Origin: Chrysomallon squamiferum
Lineage: Eukaryota > Animalia > Mollusca
Length of the DNA: 64,000 bases
Assembly: GCA_012295275.1 (NCBI GenBank)
Contig: CM022671.1
Span: 10,850,001-10,914,000 of the forward strand
Direction of reading: 5' to 3'
The first letter of the stretch is position 1. Each line of letters begins with the position of its first letter. This document shows, piece after piece, positions 62,400 through 64,000 of this stretch. The notes under the pieces were generated by a model. It was given only the letters and a program-made list of their open reading frames with translations. It did not search any database and was not told the DNA's origin. Both the position numbers and the translations under genes were made by a program.

Positions 62400-64000
62400 A
62401 TCAGCTTAGTCAGAAACAACAAGGTCTCCAAATCAACAGCTAATGAATAAATCGACATATCAGAATCCACCATCATCCTGATATGATCCTTCTTTCGTCA
62501 ATAACAAACTCTGAAGAATTGTTTGCTAGCTTTCAGCATCCATCCTGCCATTGTATGTCACTAACTTCCCCTCCTTCTTCTACACAACTCTATGTTCTAG
62601 AATATCTTGCACCTTCGTTCGATCACTACCACTAAAAGAAGAGTCTTTTCAGATTGATTCCACTCCATATTTCTCCAGCTTTCCTTCCAGGCTTAAGCTG
62701 AATCCCTCGACACCTTTTCATTTTGCCTTCTGATCAGCTCAACTCTGAGATCATTTACATCTTTTTCCTCAAAGTCATTTACATCTTTTTCCTCTTTATT
62801 TCCTCCTCTAAACTATCTACAAACTCTACATTTCTGTTCTTGATGGCCTTCATATGACAGTAAAACATATCCATGATCTCTTCAGTATCAATATTGTTTG
62901 CCTTGGTAGATTCAGTTTCCTTCATCAAAGTTTCATTGATGTCAACTGAAAAATACTAGAGTACTGGCAAAGAATGATACTGACTTGATAACAAGCATAT
63001 TCTCATTATGACAGTAAACTGAGCTTTATTTGATACTGAGAACTGCTGGAGTTTGATCAAAGTTGAGTCATCTGTTTTTCAGGGGACTTATAAAATATCT
63101 TCATCTGTGGTCAGTAGACCTAACACCAAAAACTCCATCTGAGCAGTTTTACTGCAACAATCCTTTAAAACATTACTACTGAGCCCACCACAAGAAATGC
63201 CTGACTCAAAAACCTCTACAAGGACATTGTAATACTCTGTTTGAAAATACCGCATATCTTAAAAAGGATGTTAGTCGATTTCCTCGAAACCATGGCATAA
63301 GACATCTGGACAGACCTTTCTGATTAAGAAATGAGGTAAAGCCACGTGGGTCACCTTTGCCATCCTTATAGAGTATCTTATTAACTGCATTACAATATTA
63401 TTAGCTACAAGCAGTCATTTCCAAAGACTTGTTCTTTGTCTTCCCCAAACTTTTTCAGAACTGAACATTTTGAAGATGATTTTTCCTCCCATGTTTTCCT
63501 GCACTAAATGTAATGCAGCACTATTGGCTGCACCACAATCAGTCATTTGTTTGTGATGTTGTTGATTATTTTTGTCCGTAAAATTAGAAAATCTGTTATT
63601 GAAATAAAGTATGTTTCACTTAAACAATCTATGGTTTCAATAATTTGGTTTGCAAAATCTGCTGCAGTCCCTCCTGCGGTATCTCATCTACAGCAGCTGC
63701 AAGACAGTTAGTTTTAGTGGTGAATAGAAAGCTGTTAATGGGGATGCCCTCCTGAATTGTTGCATCAAATCCTAACGAGACATTTTCATTTTCTAATATA
63801 GTGTCTGCTGTTTGCAATTCTACAATGGCCCCAGCCTCACAAGCCCTTCACTGAAGTATATTATGAGGTTTCTTCCCAGCACGGAAAAATTTTCCTTTTT
63901 TTCACAAGAATATTGGAGATGCTTGTGATTAATATGTGCAGCACATCATCAAGAAATATTTATTTTTAGGGATCTATTTATAAGCAACATGTTGGGGAAA
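62400..64000 (-). pseudogene. Decayed DDE (RNase H-fold) transposase, superfamily uncertain, truncated by the window edge
   Basis: Frameshifted segments SLGFDATIQEG, QMTDCGAANSAALHLV, LYKDGKGDPRGFTSFL, PWFRGNRL, ETESTKANNIDTEEIMDMF and KAIKNRNVEFVDSL give an ordered D-D-E pattern. Confidence 0.65.

Overview
AT-rich, intron-rich animal genomic DNA. A gastropod-like mollusc is my guess from the repeat content. The only intact protein-coding gene I can reconstruct is DNA2 nuclease/helicase on the minus strand: 31 coding exons from 60829 to 45485, all GT-AG with matching phases, 1521 aa, with an unusual ~510-aa low-complexity N-terminal extension, two uORFs and an E2F site upstream. The left two-thirds is repeat-dominated. 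It holds a full-length Buster-type hAT transposon (5619-8237; TIRs, 8-bp TSD, only two nonsense changes), an ISL2EU/Harbinger-like relic, nested hAT relics, AT-rich segmental repeats carrying a double hairpin, and a degenerate ~48-bp satellite in two opposed orientations. It also holds a ~15.6-kb 39-bp minisatellite (24.8-40.4 kb) with 119-bp, 1.25-kb and 4.8-kb higher-order structure. On the minus strand that array is bracketed by a splice acceptor and a donor, both phase 1 relative to a mucin-like 13-codon frame (NTAV*PSITTEVR) that has TAG in most units. This is the most unusual signal in the window, but its function is unproven. A decayed DDE transposase runs off the right end.
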